NCBI GenBank assembly: GCA_046952735.1
Contig: JBKUJR010000006.1
Coordinates: forward strand, 12,977 to 76,976
Direction of reading: 5' to 3'
From: Clostridia bacterium
Lineage (GTDB): Bacteria; Bacillota; Clostridia; UBA1212; UBA1255
DNA: 64,000 bases
Of the stretch, positions 51,321 to 62,551 are shown piece by piece. The notes under the pieces were generated by a model. It was given only the letters and a program-made list of their open reading frames with translations. It made no database searches and was not told the DNA's origin. How positions within the stretch are numbered: position 1 is the first letter of the stretch; every line of letters begins with the position of its first letter. The translations under genes were made by a program, and so were the position numbers.

Positions 51321-51968
51321 TCATACGCTCCCTTTGATCCAGCTCTCGTCCGAAGGGTTGTTCCGGAACGCGATCAGACGCGGCACGTCGCTTTCCGCAA
51401 TATATCCTGTCGCGGCGGCTTCTGCAACGACGGCGTCGAAATCGGTCAGGCTGACGTTTTTCAGATTTGCTGCCGCAAGCCTGTCCAGACCCTTCTGCAT
51501 GCCGTATGTGAAAATACTGACGACGCCGCATACTTCGGCGCCCGCGTCCCGCAGCGCTTCTGCCGTTTCGATCACGCTTCCGCCTGTCGAAATCAGATCC
51601 TCCACAATTACCACCTTTTGCCCCGGTAACAGCCGACCCTCGATCCGGTTGTTTCTTCCGTGATCCTTTGCGCCGGAGCGCACATATCCCATCGGCAGAT
51701 TCAGAAGGTGACCGCAGATTGCCGCGTGTGCGATGCCCGCGGTGCTGGTTCCCATAAGCACTTCCGCCTCCGGATAATCCGAACGAATCAAAGCACATAA
51801 ACCGTTTTCTACATGATTGCGGACTTCCGGCGCGGTGAGCGTCAGGCGGTTATCGCAGTAGATGGGGCTCCTGATGCCGCTCGCCCAGGTGAAAGGTTCA
51901 TCCGGCCGCAGAAAAACGGCTTGAATGGATAATAAATCAGCGGCAATCTGTTTTTTTCTGTTTTCCAT
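51321..51968 (-). CDS. pyrE: orotate phosphoribosyltransferase
   Basis: PRTase motif [13 protein letters not shown]. 215 aa. Confidence 0.9.
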   Translation of the reverse strand: MENRKKQIAADLLSIQAVFLRPDEPFTWASGIRSPIYCDNRLTLTAPEVRNHVENGLCALIRSDYPEAEVLMGTSTAGIAHAAICGHLLNLPMGYVRSGAKDHGRNNRIEGRLLPGQKVVIVEDLISTGGSVIETAEALRDAGAEVCGVVSIFTYGMQKGLDRLAAANLKNVSLTDFDAVVAEAAATGYIAESDVPRLIAFRNNPSDESWIKGSV

Positions 51969-51972
51969 AATA

Positions 51973-52710
51973 TCATTCTCCTTCCGGATCGTCGGTTAAA
52001 AAGGCATTGACACATTTATCGTAAGCTGCTTTCGGATCGTCCGCGGCTGTGATCGGCCGGCCGACGACAATATAATCCGAGCCGAGCCTGCGCGCCTGCC
52101 GCGGGGTCGTGATCCGTTTTTGATCGTCCGCAGCGGCCCCCTGAAAACGGATTCCGGGTGTTACCGTAAGAAAAGGCCGGCCTTTCGCCAAAAAATGATG
52201 GTGCAGCAGGGTACTTTCCAAAGGGGAGCACACTACGCCGTCCAGTCCGGCGGCATATGCGTTTTCTGCGTATTTTACGATCGTATCGTTCATTGGCGCC
52301 CCAATCAGCAGCTCGTTTCTGAGCATGGCTTCATCTGTCGAGGTAAGCTGTGTGACGGCGATCAGAAGCGGCGCCGCCGCTCCTGTCCGGGCTGCGCCTT
52401 CCTGCAGCCCTTCCCGCGCAGCTTCCATCATCCTGATCCCGCCGCCTGCGTGGACGTTGCACATAAAAACGCCGAGCTCCGCCAGATTTGCCATTGCCTT
52501 GCGCACGGTGTTCGGAATATCGTGCAGCTTCAGATCCAGAAAAATTTTATTTCCCCGTTCAGAGATCCTGCGTACCATCTGCGGACCTGCGCTGTAAAAA
52601 AGCTCCATGCCGATTTTTACAAAAGGCTTCCGCCCCTCGAGCCGGTCCAGGAAAGCTATCGTATCTGCTTCCGAGGAAAAATCGCATGCGATAATTACAT
52701 CTTTTGCCAT
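51973..52710 (-). CDS. pyrF: orotidine 5'-phosphate decarboxylase
   Basis: MAKDVIIACDF... with DLKLHDIPNTV catalytic motif. Start trimmed to the internal Met. Confidence 0.9.
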   Translation of the reverse strand: MAKDVIIACDFSSEADTIAFLDRLEGRKPFVKIGMELFYSAGPQMVRRISERGNKIFLDLKLHDIPNTVRKAMANLAELGVFMCNVHAGGGIRMMEAAREGLQEGAARTGAAAPLLIAVTQLTSTDEAMLRNELLIGAPMNDTIVKYAENAYAAGLDGVVCSPLESTLLHHHFLAKGRPFLTVTPGIRFQGAAADDQKRITTPRQARRLGSDYIVVGRPITAADDPKAAYDKCVNAFLTDDPEGE

Positions 52711-53639
52711 GTAAGAGCACCTCCGATAATATCTTTCAGATTTTGAATATTGTACCGGTCCAGAACGGCCGGGAGGTCGCGTATAATATTTCTGCAAATA
52801 AAAGGATCTACGAGATTTGCCGCGCCGATCTGTACTGCGCTGGCGCCGGCTTCCATCATTTCAACGACATCTTCCGCCGAAGAAATACCGCCCATACCGA
52901 TCACGGGGATTTTAACAGCGCTGCAAACCTGGTATACCATTCGCAGCGCCACCGGAAATACGGCGCCGCCCGAAAGTCCGCCGAACGTATTGCCAAGGAG
53001 CGGGCGCCTTTTCCGGAGATCGATCCGCATACCGAGCAGCGTATTGATCAGGCTCAGACCGTCCGCTCCGGCGGCTTCGCAGGCCAGGGCGATTTCCGTA
53101 ATGTTCGTAACATTAGGCGATAATTTTATAAAAACCGGCTTTGCGGCAACTTTTTTGACTGCTGCCGTCACTGCGGCCGCAGCCTTCGGATCCGTTCCGA
53201 AGCTCATACCGCCTCCATGCACGTTCGGACAGCTGATATTGACTTCCAGAATCCCCACGCAATCCTGGGCACTGAGCCGCTCTGCGCAATAAACGTATTC
53301 TTCCTCGGAAAAACCGCTGATATTTGCAATGATTTTCTTTTTAAAATACTTTTGCATTTCCGGAAGCTCATGTGCAATTACATGCTCGACCCCCGGATTC
53401 TGCAATCCTACTGCGTTCAGCATGCCGGACGGCGTCTCTGCGATCCGCGGCGTTTCGTTCCCGAAGCGCGCCTCTTTTGTCGTACCTTTGCAGGAAAAGG
53501 AACCGAGTATATTGATATCGTACAGTTCTGCGAATTCTTTTCCGTAGCCGAAACAGCCGCTGGCGGGAATGATGGGATTATCCAGACGGAGGCCGCACAG
53601 CTCGACTGCGAGCCGTTCCTCGGAAGCTTTATTTACCAT
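52695..53639 (-). CDS. pyrD: dihydroorotate dehydrogenase (class 1B) catalytic subunit
   Basis: NPIIPASGCFGYG, GLQNPG, and NISCPN motifs. Confidence 0.9.
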   Translation of the reverse strand: MVNKASEERLAVELCGLRLDNPIIPASGCFGYGKEFAELYDINILGSFSCKGTTKEARFGNETPRIAETPSGMLNAVGLQNPGVEHVIAHELPEMQKYFKKKIIANISGFSEEEYVYCAERLSAQDCVGILEVNISCPNVHGGGMSFGTDPKAAAAVTAAVKKVAAKPVFIKLSPNVTNITEIALACEAAGADGLSLINTLLGMRIDLRKRRPLLGNTFGGLSGGAVFPVALRMVYQVCSAVKIPVIGMGGISSAEDVVEMMEAGASAVQIGAANLVDPFICRNIIRDLPAVLDRYNIQNLKDIIGGALTWQKM

Positions 53640-54364
53640 AGGATTTCCTCCTTAAACAATACCGGTCCGTCCTTGCAAATCCGCTTGCTGCCGGATTTTG
53701 TCCGGCAGCTGCAGCCCATGCACGCGCCGAACCCGCAGCCCATACGTTCTTCAAAAGAATACTGCCCGCCGCAGGTACTGCCGTTATAAACCGCCTTCAG
53801 CATGGGAAGCGGGCCGCAGGTATAAATATAATCATAATTGCCCGCGGCAAATACAGCTGCGTCGGTTACATAGCCTTCCGTTAAGACGGAAACTTCTAAG
53901 CCAAGCGCGCGGAATTCCGCTTCCAGAATGACTTCGGAAGGCGCATTGAACCCGAGCAGCACCGCAGGCGTTTTACCAGCGGAAAGCAATGCTTTTGCCA
54001 ATAGATAAAGCGGGGGACAGCCGATTCCGCCGCCAACCAGAAGCGGCCGCGCACAGTCTGCGCCCGGGTCGAATCCGTTTCCCAGGTGCGTGAGCACATC
54101 GAGGCTCCGGCCGGGGGCGACGGCGCTCAAAAAGTCCGTGCCTTTTCCAACGCGTTTATATAGAATCGTGATAAAATCCGTTCCGGCATCGAAAACGGAG
54201 ATCGGACGCCGCAAAAAACAACCGTCGATTTTCAGATCGATGAACTGTCCCGGCTTGTGGCCGGCGGCACCGCTTCCGAAGAGCGTCATCTGGAAAACGT
54301 TCGCCTTGACGCGCGTATTTTCCGTAACCGTAAAAGTATGTTGTTCCATCTGCGTTCCTTTCAA
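53633..54364 (-). CDS. pyrK: dihydroorotate dehydrogenase electron-transfer subunit
   Basis: FAD/NAD-binding fold with C-terminal 2Fe-2S motif CGFGACMGCSC. Confidence 0.9.
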   Translation of the reverse strand: MKGTQMEQHTFTVTENTRVKANVFQMTLFGSGAAGHKPGQFIDLKIDGCFLRRPISVFDAGTDFITILYKRVGKGTDFLSAVAPGRSLDVLTHLGNGFDPGADCARPLLVGGGIGCPPLYLLAKALLSAGKTPAVLLGFNAPSEVILEAEFRALGLEVSVLTEGYVTDAAVFAAGNYDYIYTCGPLPMLKAVYNGSTCGGQYSFEERMGCGFGACMGCSCRTKSGSKRICKDGPVLFKEEILW

Positions 54365-54368
54365 AGCT

Positions 54369-57300
54369 TTATTCCGCGTCGATCGTGGAAACGCACATTG
54401 TGATCTCTTCCAGGACGTCCAGCAGTACTTTCACCGTGTCAAGCGCCGTAAACATCGTTACATTGTTCTCAACGGCACAGCGCCGGATTTTGTAGCCGTC
54501 CGTTTTCTGGGAGGCGATATCGATATCTCTTGTACTGATCACATAATTGACGTGCCCCTTGCGGATCGAATCCAGGATCTCTGTACTGCCGGAGCTGAGT
54601 TTTTTCTTGATGCGCGTTTTGATTCCGTTGTTCCGCAGGAAGTTCGCCGTCCCCTCCGTGGCTTCGATATTGAAGCCCAGCTCGTAGAAGCGCCGGATCA
54701 GCGGGAGGGCTTCCTCTTTGTCTTTGTCGGCGATCGTTACAAAAATCGTACCGTAATTTACAACATGCATTCCGGAAGCGATCAGCGCTTTGTATATCGC
54801 CCTCGTCAGCTTTTTATCATATCCGATCGCCTCTCCCGTCGATTTCATTTCCGGGGAAAGATATGCGTCCAGATCGTTGAGCTTCGAGAAGGAAAATGCC
54901 GGCACTTTGACGTACCATCTCTCTTTTTCTTTGGGGTATACAGAGCTGAAGCCCTGCTCCTTCAGGCTGCGTCCAAGGATCACATGCGTTGCGATATCCG
55001 CCATGGAATATCCCGTGGCTTTTGAGAGGAAGGGAACGGTCCGCGAAGAACGCGGATTGACTTCGATGACGTACACATCCTCGTTCGGATCGACGATAAA
55101 CTGGATATTGTACAGACCGATAATTCCGATTCCGATTCCGAGGCGGATCGTATAATCGATGATCGTTTCTTTTACCGCATTGCTGACGCTGAACGTAGGA
55201 TATACGCTGATACTGTCTCCGGAATGGATCCCCGTCCGTTCGACGTGTTCCATGATTCCGGGGATAAAGACATCCTTTCCGTCGCAGATGGCGTCGACCT
55301 CCAATTCTTTTCCGGAGATATATTTGTCTACGAGTACCGGCTGCTTCTCGTCGACTTCTACCGCAGAGCGGAGATAGACTCTGAGCGCCTTTTCGTTCTG
55401 GACGATTTGCATGGCGCGGCCGCCGAGCACATAGCTCGGCCTGACGAGTACCGGATAACCGATTTCTGCGGCAGCGGCGATGCCCGCATCGATGTTCGTG
55501 ACTGCCCGCCCTTTCGGCTGCGGGATCCGGAGCTCTTCCATAATTTTCTCAAAGCAGTCGCGGTTTTCGGCTCTCTCGATTGCGGCGACATCCGTACCGA
55601 TAATTTTAACCCCCAGCGCGCCGAGCTTGTCGGCTAAATTGATTGCCGTTTGTCCGCCGAGCGAAGCCACGACGCCTTCGGGCTTCTCGAGCGCGATGAC
55701 ATTCATGACGTCTTCCACCGTCAGCGGTTCGAAATACAATTTATCGCTTGTCGTATAATCCGTAGAAACGGTTTCCGGGTTATTATTGATGATAATCGCG
55801 TCATAGCCGCTTTTTTTGATCGTCTGTACGGCATGTACGGTGGAATAATCGAATTCCACGCCCTGGCCGATGCGGATCGGGCCGGAACCGAGTACGAGTA
55901 TTTTTCGTTTCCCGCTTACGATGGATTCGTTTTCCGTTTCATACGTCGAGTAAAAATACGGAACGTAACTGTCGAATTCGCTTGCGCACGTGTCGATCAT
56001 TTTATAAATCGGCAGAATCCCGTTTTCTTTTCTGAGGAGGAAAATTTCGGATTCCGTCATCCCCCAGACGCGCGCGATATATTTATCGCTGATCCCGAGA
56101 CGTTTGGCCTCCCTGAGCACCTCCGTATCCCTGCTATGTGCGCAGAGGACTTTTTCATAGTCGATGATATGCTTGAATTTATCGAGAAACAGCATATCGA
56201 TTTTCGTATGGTTATGGATCAGCCCCAGATCGACCTTGTTCCGGATCAGCTGCGCGATCGCAAACAGCCTGTCGTCATGTCCGTCGCTGATATAGCCGAT
56301 CAGTTCTTCCGTCGTGAAAGAATCGAATTTGGGAAGATGGAGGTGGTATGCGCCTACCTCCAGGGAGCGGATCGCTTTTAAAAGGCTTTCTTCGATTGTG
56401 CGGCCAATGCTCATGACTTCGCCGGTTGCTTTCATCTGCGTACTGAGCTTATTCGAAGCCGTTGCGAATTTATCGAACGGGAAACGTGCGATTTTTGTTA
56501 CCACATAATCTAAAGAAGGCTCGAAGCACGCAGGCGTATTTGCCAGCGGAATTTCATCGAGACGCATCCCAACAGAGATTTTTGCAGAAACACGTGCGAT
56601 CGGATAACCGCTCGCTTTCGAAGCAAGCGCCGAGGAGCGGGAGACCCGCGGATTTACTTCGATTAAATAATATTTGAAAGAAAACGGATCGAGCGCAAAC
56701 TGCACGTTGCAGCCGCCTTCGATCTTGAGCGCGCGGATCATTTTCAGTGCGCTGTCACGGAGCAGCTGATACTCCTTGTTCGTAAGGGTCTGGCTCGGCG
56801 CAACCACGATGGAATCGCCGGTATGGATACCGACGGGGTCGATATTTTCCATATTGCATACGGTGATGGCCGTATCGTTTGCATCCCGCATGACCTCGTA
56901 TTCGATTTCTTTAAAGCCTTTGATACTTTTTTCAACGAGCACCTGATGGACAGGGGAGAGGGAAAGTGCGTTTTTCGCGATTTCCAGCAGCTGTTCTTCA
57001 TTATCGGCAAATCCGCCGCCCGTTCCGCCAAGCGTGAATGCCGGCCGGAGGACTACCGGATAACCGATGTCGTTCGCAGCCTTCACAGCCTGCTCCATAT
57101 TTTCCGCGATTTCGGAAGGCAATACGGGTTCTCCGAGCTCCAGGCAGAGTTCTTTGAACTTTTCCCGGTCTTCTGCTTTTTCGATGCTTTCGAAGCTTGT
57201 GCCAAGCAGTTCTACCTGACATTCCGCAAGGATCCCTTTTTTATATAATTGCATGGCAAGATTGAGTCCGGTCTGTCCGCCGATCCCCGGTAAAATTGCA

Positions 57301-57551
57301 TCCGGTCTTTCGTAGCGCAGTATTTTTGCAATATATTCCAAAGTGAGCGGTTCCATATAGACCTTGTCCGCAATGGTAGTATCCGTCATGATGGTGGCCG
57401 GATTCGAATTTGCGAGTACGACTTCGTACCCTTCTTCCTTTAGCGCCAGGCACGCCTGCGTACCTGCATAGTCGAATTCGGCAGCCTGTCCGATAATAAT
57501 CGGACCGGAACCGATTACCAAAATCTTTTTGATGTCTGTTCTTTTAGGCAT
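54369..57551 (-). CDS. carB: carbamoyl-phosphate synthase large subunit
   Basis: 1060 aa with duplicated ATP-grasp halves ([21 protein letters not shown] / [21 protein letters not shown]) and an MGS-like C-terminus. Confidence 0.95.
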   Translation of the reverse strand: MPKRTDIKKILVIGSGPIIIGQAAEFDYAGTQACLALKEEGYEVVLANSNPATIMTDTTIADKVYMEPLTLEYIAKILRYERPDAILPGIGGQTGLNLAMQLYKKGILAECQVELLGTSFESIEKAEDREKFKELCLELGEPVLPSEIAENMEQAVKAANDIGYPVVLRPAFTLGGTGGGFADNEEQLLEIAKNALSLSPVHQVLVEKSIKGFKEIEYEVMRDANDTAITVCNMENIDPVGIHTGDSIVVAPSQTLTNKEYQLLRDSALKMIRALKIEGGCNVQFALDPFSFKYYLIEVNPRVSRSSALASKASGYPIARVSAKISVGMRLDEIPLANTPACFEPSLDYVVTKIARFPFDKFATASNKLSTQMKATGEVMSIGRTIEESLLKAIRSLEVGAYHLHLPKFDSFTTEELIGYISDGHDDRLFAIAQLIRNKVDLGLIHNHTKIDMLFLDKFKHIIDYEKVLCAHSRDTEVLREAKRLGISDKYIARVWGMTESEIFLLRKENGILPIYKMIDTCASEFDSYVPYFYSTYETENESIVSGKRKILVLGSGPIRIGQGVEFDYSTVHAVQTIKKSGYDAIIINNNPETVSTDYTTSDKLYFEPLTVEDVMNVIALEKPEGVVASLGGQTAINLADKLGALGVKIIGTDVAAIERAENRDCFEKIMEELRIPQPKGRAVTNIDAGIAAAAEIGYPVLVRPSYVLGGRAMQIVQNEKALRVYLRSAVEVDEKQPVLVDKYISGKELEVDAICDGKDVFIPGIMEHVERTGIHSGDSISVYPTFSVSNAVKETIIDYTIRLGIGIGIIGLYNIQFIVDPNEDVYVIEVNPRSSRTVPFLSKATGYSMADIATHVILGRSLKEQGFSSVYPKEKERWYVKVPAFSFSKLNDLDAYLSPEMKSTGEAIGYDKKLTRAIYKALIASGMHVVNYGTIFVTIADKDKEEALPLIRRFYELGFNIEATEGTANFLRNNGIKTRIKKKLSSGSTEILDSIRKGHVNYVISTRDIDIASQKTDGYKIRRCAVENNVTMFTALDTVKVLLDVLEEITMCVSTIDAE

Positions 57552-58638
57552 GGTGTTGAACCTCCGTCTCCAGCATTTTTATGAATGTTTCAAACAGGTA
57601 CGTGCTGTCCTGCGGCCCCGGCGCGCTTTCCGGGTGATATTGGACGCTGAACAATTTGTTCGCCTCGTCTGAAAGGCCTTCCACCGTATGGTCTAATATG
57701 TTGATATGGGTGATTTTCAGTCCTGTTCCTTCTACGGAAGAGGCAAGTACCGCATAGCTGTGATTCTGACTCGTAATTTCCAATTTATCCGTCATCAGAT
57801 TCTTAACGGGATGATTCCCGCCCCTGTGGCCGAATTTCATTTTATATGTTTTTGCGCCGCAGGCAAGGGCGATCATCTGATGGCCGAGGCAGATGCCGAA
57901 TATGGGAAGCTTCCCCTTCAGCGTTTTAATCGTGGCGATGACAGGGGCGACGTCCTCCGGATTGCCGGGGCCGTTCGAAATAAAGAGGCCGTCGGGACGG
58001 AGCGCCAGAATTTCTTCCGGCTTCGTATCATATGGCACGACCGTAACATTACAGCCGCATTTATTTAAGTGACGGATGATATTATGTTTGATCCCGCAGT
58101 CGATGGCAACGATATTATAAAGGGGGTTCGACGTTCTGGAATACCATTTTTTCTTACAGCTGACACGCGCTACCGCATCCGTGCGGGGCTTGTCCGCCTG
58201 CAGGACGGCAAGCGCTTCCTCCAGCGGGCATTCCGCGGAAGTCAGCAGCGCTCTCTGGCTGCCTTCGTCCCGAATGATCCGGGTGAGCATCCTCGTATCG
58301 ATCCCGCTGATTGCAGGAATATCGTGTTCCTTTAAAATCTCGGATAATGTTTCCGTATACCTGAAATTACTCGGAATATCATTATAATCTCTTACGGCCA
58401 GGCCGCCGATCGTAGGCAGCTTCGTTTCGAAATCGTCGTCCGTAATCCCGTAATTGCCGATGATCGGGTACGTCATTACGACCATCTGGTATGTGTACGA
58501 CGGATCTGAAATGATTTCCTGATATCCGACCATGGATGTGTTGAATACGAGCTCGCATACGGTATCGCGATCTGCGCCGAAGCTTTGCCCGTAAAATTGC
58601 CTCCCGTCCTGCAGCACGATTTTCTTGTTGTAATTCAT
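57544..58638 (-). CDS. carA: carbamoyl-phosphate synthase small subunit (glutamine amidotransferase)
   Basis: GATase triad region (GICLGHQ ... HPE). Start taken at [12 protein letters not shown]. Confidence 0.9.
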   Translation of the reverse strand: MNYNKKIVLQDGRQFYGQSFGADRDTVCELVFNTSMVGYQEIISDPSYTYQMVVMTYPIIGNYGITDDDFETKLPTIGGLAVRDYNDIPSNFRYTETLSEILKEHDIPAISGIDTRMLTRIIRDEGSQRALLTSAECPLEEALAVLQADKPRTDAVARVSCKKKWYSRTSNPLYNIVAIDCGIKHNIIRHLNKCGCNVTVVPYDTKPEEILALRPDGLFISNGPGNPEDVAPVIATIKTLKGKLPIFGICLGHQMIALACGAKTYKMKFGHRGGNHPVKNLMTDKLEITSQNHSYAVLASSVEGTGLKITHINILDHTVEGLSDEANKLFSVQYHPESAPGPQDSTYLFETFIKMLETEVQHHA

Positions 58639-59879
58639 CGTACGATCCTCCCATTTATAAATGTTGCGAGACATTTTCCGTATAGCTGCATTCCTTCGTA
58701 AGGCATACTGCGTCCTTTCGAATGGAAGCCATCCCTGCTTACGGTAAAATATTCTCCGGTGTCTACTATAATGCCGTCGCCTGGCCGCTCCGCGATGCCA
58801 AATAGTTTTCGCGGATTGCCGCTCATGAGCGCGAGCAGCCGGTCCATTGAAAAAATTCCTTTTTTTACAAAATTTGTATAGATGAGGGCGAATGCGGTCT
58901 CTAATCCCACAATGCCGTTCAAGCTGTTTCGAAAGCCCTTGTTTTTTTCTTCCGGTGCGTGGGGAGCGTGATCGGTCGCGATTACGTCTATCGTCCCGTC
59001 GCAGACTGCTTCGATGAGCGCCTCGCGATCCGCTTCGCCGCGGATCGGCGGATTCATTTTAAAATCGCCGCTGTCCCGAACATCCTGCTGCGTCAAAAGC
59101 AGGTAATGCGGCGCCGTTTCCGCACTTACGGGGAGACCGGCTTTTTTTGCCTCCCGGATCAAACGGACGCTTTCTTTTGTGGAAGCATGACACAGATGAT
59201 ACCTGCATCCCGTTTCGGATACCAGCCTTAAATCTCTTTTGAGCTGCAAATATTCGCTTTCCGGAGCAGGAGCGTACCGCTCGTCCTCGCAATGGGCCGC
59301 GATCATTTTACCGAGCGAGGCAGCTTTTTGCATAGCAGAGCGCATTCTGTCTTCGTCCTGTACGCCTCTTCCGTCATCCGTGAAAGCGATCACTTCCGGA
59401 GCCAGCTCTTCCATATCGGACAGGGACTCGCCGCGCGCGCCTTTTGTAATACAGCCGTAAGGATAAACAGGAATCTTTGCCGTTTTCCGGATGAGATCGG
59501 TCTGCACGTTCAGATGATCGGCGGAATCGGGAGGGGGATCGAGATTCGGCATACTGCATACCGCGGTGTAACCGCCGCAAGCCGCGGCTTCCGTTCCGGA
59601 GGAGATCGTTTCTTTATATGAAAAACCCGGTTCCCTGAGATGGACATGTACATCAACGAAACCGGGTAAAATAAATAATTCACTGAATGGATTGACTTTT
59701 TTCTTGACGGACGAATAAAAATAGTGATTCGTATCGGGAAAAGAAAAGAATTCATCTGAGGAAAATAAAGGAAACAATCCGCCCTTGCTGCCGCACTGGC
59801 CGTTTTCGGTTATGAAAATTTCTTTCACGGCGAATTTGCCGTTCTCGTAGACATTTGCATGTCTTCGAAGCATTCCCAT
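58635..59879 (-). CDS. pyrC: dihydroorotase
   Basis: Metal-binding DVHVHLREPG motif, amidohydrolase fold. Confidence 0.85.
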   Translation of the reverse strand: MGMLRRHANVYENGKFAVKEIFITENGQCGSKGGLFPLFSSDEFFSFPDTNHYFYSSVKKKVNPFSELFILPGFVDVHVHLREPGFSYKETISSGTEAAACGGYTAVCSMPNLDPPPDSADHLNVQTDLIRKTAKIPVYPYGCITKGARGESLSDMEELAPEVIAFTDDGRGVQDEDRMRSAMQKAASLGKMIAAHCEDERYAPAPESEYLQLKRDLRLVSETGCRYHLCHASTKESVRLIREAKKAGLPVSAETAPHYLLLTQQDVRDSGDFKMNPPIRGEADREALIEAVCDGTIDVIATDHAPHAPEEKNKGFRNSLNGIVGLETAFALIYTNFVKKGIFSMDRLLALMSGNPRKLFGIAERPGDGIIVDTGEYFTVSRDGFHSKGRSMPYEGMQLYGKCLATFINGRIVR

Positions 59880-59913
59880 TCGGAGCTCCTCCTTGTTTGA
59901 TTTTCAATTCTTC

Positions 59914-59942
59914 ATTATATATATATTTGATGTTATTGTCAA
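59914..59942 (-). promoter_or_regulatory. consensus sigma-A promoter for the pyr operon (-35 TTGACA at 59937-59942, -10 TATAAT at 59914-59919, 17-nt spacer; minus strand)
   Basis: Read directly from the sequence. About 30 nt lie between -10 and the AGGAGG RBS of pyrC. Confidence 0.5.
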
Positions 59943-59971
59943 TTATGGGGAATATTAAATAATTATGTACG

Positions 59972-60004
59972 AAAAAAAACCGGAAACACGGTTCCCGGTT
60001 TTCA
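59972..60004 (-). terminator. rho-independent terminator downstream of the rubrerythrin gene (hairpin usable in both directions)
   Basis: AAAAAAAA-CCGGAAACACGGTTCCCGG-TTTTC. Perfect stem CCGGGAACCG/CGGTTCCCGG. Confidence 0.55.
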
Positions 60005-60028
60005 GTCCTGCGCTTGCTTTTCTTATGC

Positions 60029-60565
60029 TCAGTAATTCTGCGCTTTGATTTTGAAATAAGACTGCGGGTGCTTGCATACGGGGCAGAATTCCGGCGCTTT
60101 TTTGCCGAAATGGATGTGTCCGCAGTTGCCGCATTCCCAGATCATATCATTGTCGCGGGAGAAGACGAGATCTCCGTTGACGTTATTGAGGAGTTTCCGG
60201 AACCGTTCTTCATGCATTTTCTCGATCGCGCCGACGGATTCAAATAAAAAGGCGATGTCTTCGAAGCCTTCTTCTCTGGCTTCCTGCGCGAATTGCGCAT
60301 ACATTTCGGTCCATTCGTAATTTTCCCCTTCTGCGGCAGAGAGGAGGTTCTCTGCGGTCGTCCCGATACCGCCCGCCAGAATCTTGTACCAAATTTTGGC
60401 ATGTTCTTTTTCGTTATTCGCTGTTTCCGTGAAAATATCTGCAATTTGTTCAAAACCGTCTTTCTTCGCCTTCGATGCAAAATACGTATATTTATTTCTC
60501 GCCTGAGATTCGCCGGAATACGCTGTTGCCAGATTTTTTTCTGTCTTGGAACCCTTTAAGTCCAT
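60029..60565 (-). CDS. rubrerythrin
   Basis: Ferritin-like diiron region (EKEH, EEARE) with a C-terminal rubredoxin-like CGNCGH...CPVCKHP. Start trimmed to MDLKGSKTEKNL. Confidence 0.85.
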   Translation of the reverse strand: MDLKGSKTEKNLATAYSGESQARNKYTYFASKAKKDGFEQIADIFTETANNEKEHAKIWYKILAGGIGTTAENLLSAAEGENYEWTEMYAQFAQEAREEGFEDIAFLFESVGAIEKMHEERFRKLLNNVNGDLVFSRDNDMIWECGNCGHIHFGKKAPEFCPVCKHPQSYFKIKAQNY

Positions 60566-60627
60566 AATAAACACACTCCTCAAAATAAGATTTATTACTG
60601 ATATTATACTCGTACCAACCGGAAAAG

Positions 60628-61296
60628 TCAACGTCGCACTTCTTTATTTTTGACGTTTTTCATCATATTATTCACATCGTCGTAAAGAATGGCCAGCAAT
60701 CCTTTTTCGACCGTTATCGTTCCCTTTCTGCCGAGGAATTCATTGCTGACCCCAAGTGGTTCGTCATATTTTAATACCGCCTGTTCCAGCGGGTATTTCA
60801 GTCCGCGCAGCGTAACCCCGCACGCCTGGTCCGTACAGCAGAGGATGGAGATCCTTCCGGTAAAATGCTCGTCGAACTGCAGCGTGCCGTCCCGTACGGC
60901 GGTAATCAGGGAACCGCCGCCGACAAAATAAGCATTCCCTCCGTGATTGACAATACTGCATAAAATCTGAAAATTGGCGAGCGTGAAATCCAGCCGTCCG
61001 CCCATGGCGCCGTAAATGACGAATTGCCGGTATCCCTGCGTAAAACCATGCTTTACCGCAAGCATTAAATCGGTATCGTCTTTCATAGCAGGAAATTGCA
61101 GTCGCGCTACGCCGTCCGGTATTTCCGAAAGCGAATCGAAATCGCCGATCAGCAGATCGGGGACAATCCCTAAAGCTTCCAGGTGCCGGTATCCCGCGTC
61201 TGCCGCGATGACAAAATCTTTTCCGCGTTCCGGCGTAAATTTTAAGGTCCCGCCGCATTCCGCCGCACCGAAGATATAACAAAAGCGCTCCTCCAT
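60628..61296 (-). CDS. thiamine pyrophosphokinase
   Basis: GDFDS motif (LLIGDFDSL) and TPK fold length. Confidence 0.75.
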   Translation of the reverse strand: MEERFCYIFGAAECGGTLKFTPERGKDFVIAADAGYRHLEALGIVPDLLIGDFDSLSEIPDGVARLQFPAMKDDTDLMLAVKHGFTQGYRQFVIYGAMGGRLDFTLANFQILCSIVNHGGNAYFVGGGSLITAVRDGTLQFDEHFTGRISILCCTDQACGVTLRGLKYPLEQAVLKYDEPLGVSNEFLGRKGTITVEKGLLAILYDDVNNMMKNVKNKEVRR

Positions 61297-61414
61297 AATC
61301 CGCATACTCCTCACACATGGATTTCCTTCCGTTATTTTAGCAAAAACGGAACGTTTGTCAACGCGGGGGAGTTATGCTAAAATGGCAACTGGAGGGAGAG
61401 GAAAGGACTTTAAA

Positions 61415-62551
61415 ATGGAATTGTTTCATGTGGATCTCAAGAAAATGACAGATCATTCTTATGATATCGTAATCGGCAGCGATCTGACGAGCCGTCTCCG
61501 GGAAGACCTGATCTCCGAATGCGGGCAGGACAAACCCAATATTGCGATTATCACTGATTCTAACGTTTTCCGCTGCTACGGGGCGCAGTTCGAAGCGTCG
61601 GTGAAATCCGCGCTGCCGGACTGTCAGGTAAATACCGTAGTTTTTCCTGCGGGGGAGAAAAGCAAGACAAGAGAGAGAAAAGCGGAAATCGAGGATCGCC
61701 TGATTGCCTGGGGATACCGCAGAGATACGCTGATTATTGCTTTTGGCGGCGGCGTTGTTACGGATCTGGCGGGTTTTGTTGCCGGAACCTTCGCACGAGG
61801 CGTTCCGTTTTTCAATTATGCGACGACGCTTTTGGCGGCGGCGGATGCGTCGATCGGCGGGAAAACGGCGGTCGATACGGATATGGCTACGAATTTGATC
61901 GGACTTATTTATCAGCCGAAGCGGGTATATATCGATATTGCGTGCTGGAGGACTTTAGCGCAAAGGGAGCTCTCCGGCGGCCTTGCGGAAACGATCAAGC
62001 ATGCCTGTATGGCGGATGCGGCGTTTTTTTCTTATTTGGAAGAAAACATCGAGAGAGTGTTCCGCCTGGATCCTGACGTTTGCCGCTATATTGCGGAAAA
62101 GAACTGTGAGATCAAATACCGTGTCGTTATGATCGATGAAACAGAGCAGGGGATGCGTGAAATTCTGAACCTTGGCCATACGGTCGGCCGGGCGATTGAA
62201 ACAGTGAGCGATTACCGCCTTTCTCACGGCGAGGCGGTGTCCATCGGCCTGGCAGCGCAGGCCAGACTCGGCCGTATGTTCGGGTATTGTACGAAAGAAG
62301 ACGTTTCCCGCATAGAAGCGCTTTTAGAAAAAGCAAAGCTCCCCGTCCGGATCCCGGATTGGATCGACAGGGAGGCTTTGATTCGAAAATTATATACGGA
62401 TAAGAAAGTCCGGAGCGGCAGGCTGCGCTTTGTTTTCCAAAAGGGAATCGGGAATATGGTGGAATTTTCCGCGGGGAGCAGCGCTGCCGAAACCGTTTAT
62501 TCTACCTTTATTTCAGAAGATTCAGTGCGGAAAGCGATTGTTGAGATGTAA
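61415..62551 (+). CDS. aroB: 3-dehydroquinate synthase family protein
   Basis: GGGVVTDLAGFVA...TTLLAAADASIGGKTAVDT matches DHQS NAD/metal-binding motifs. Start at MELFHV with a GGAGGGAGAGG RBS. Confidence 0.75.
   Translation: MELFHVDLKKMTDHSYDIVIGSDLTSRLREDLISECGQDKPNIAIITDSNVFRCYGAQFEASVKSALPDCQVNTVVFPAGEKSKTRERKAEIEDRLIAWGYRRDTLIIAFGGGVVTDLAGFVAGTFARGVPFFNYATTLLAAADASIGGKTAVDTDMATNLIGLIYQPKRVYIDIACWRTLAQRELSGGLAETIKHACMADAAFFSYLEENIERVFRLDPDVCRYIAEKNCEIKYRVVMIDETEQGMREILNLGHTVGRAIETVSDYRLSHGEAVSIGLAAQARLGRMFGYCTKEDVSRIEALLEKAKLPVRIPDWIDREALIRKLYTDKKVRSGRLRFVFQKGIGNMVEFSAGSSAAETVYSTFISEDSVRKAIVEM

Noticed and set aside
54090-56381. Plus-strand ORFs of 311 and 243 aa.
   Set aside because: Antisense to carB, whose 1060-aa ORF has duplicated ATP-grasp motifs.
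59880-59971. Looked for a PyrR-binding attenuator or T-box in the pyr operon leader.
   Set aside because: The leader between the -10 (59914-59919) and the pyrC RBS is only about 30 nt. The only hairpin (59972-60004) is the rubrerythrin terminator upstream of the promoter.
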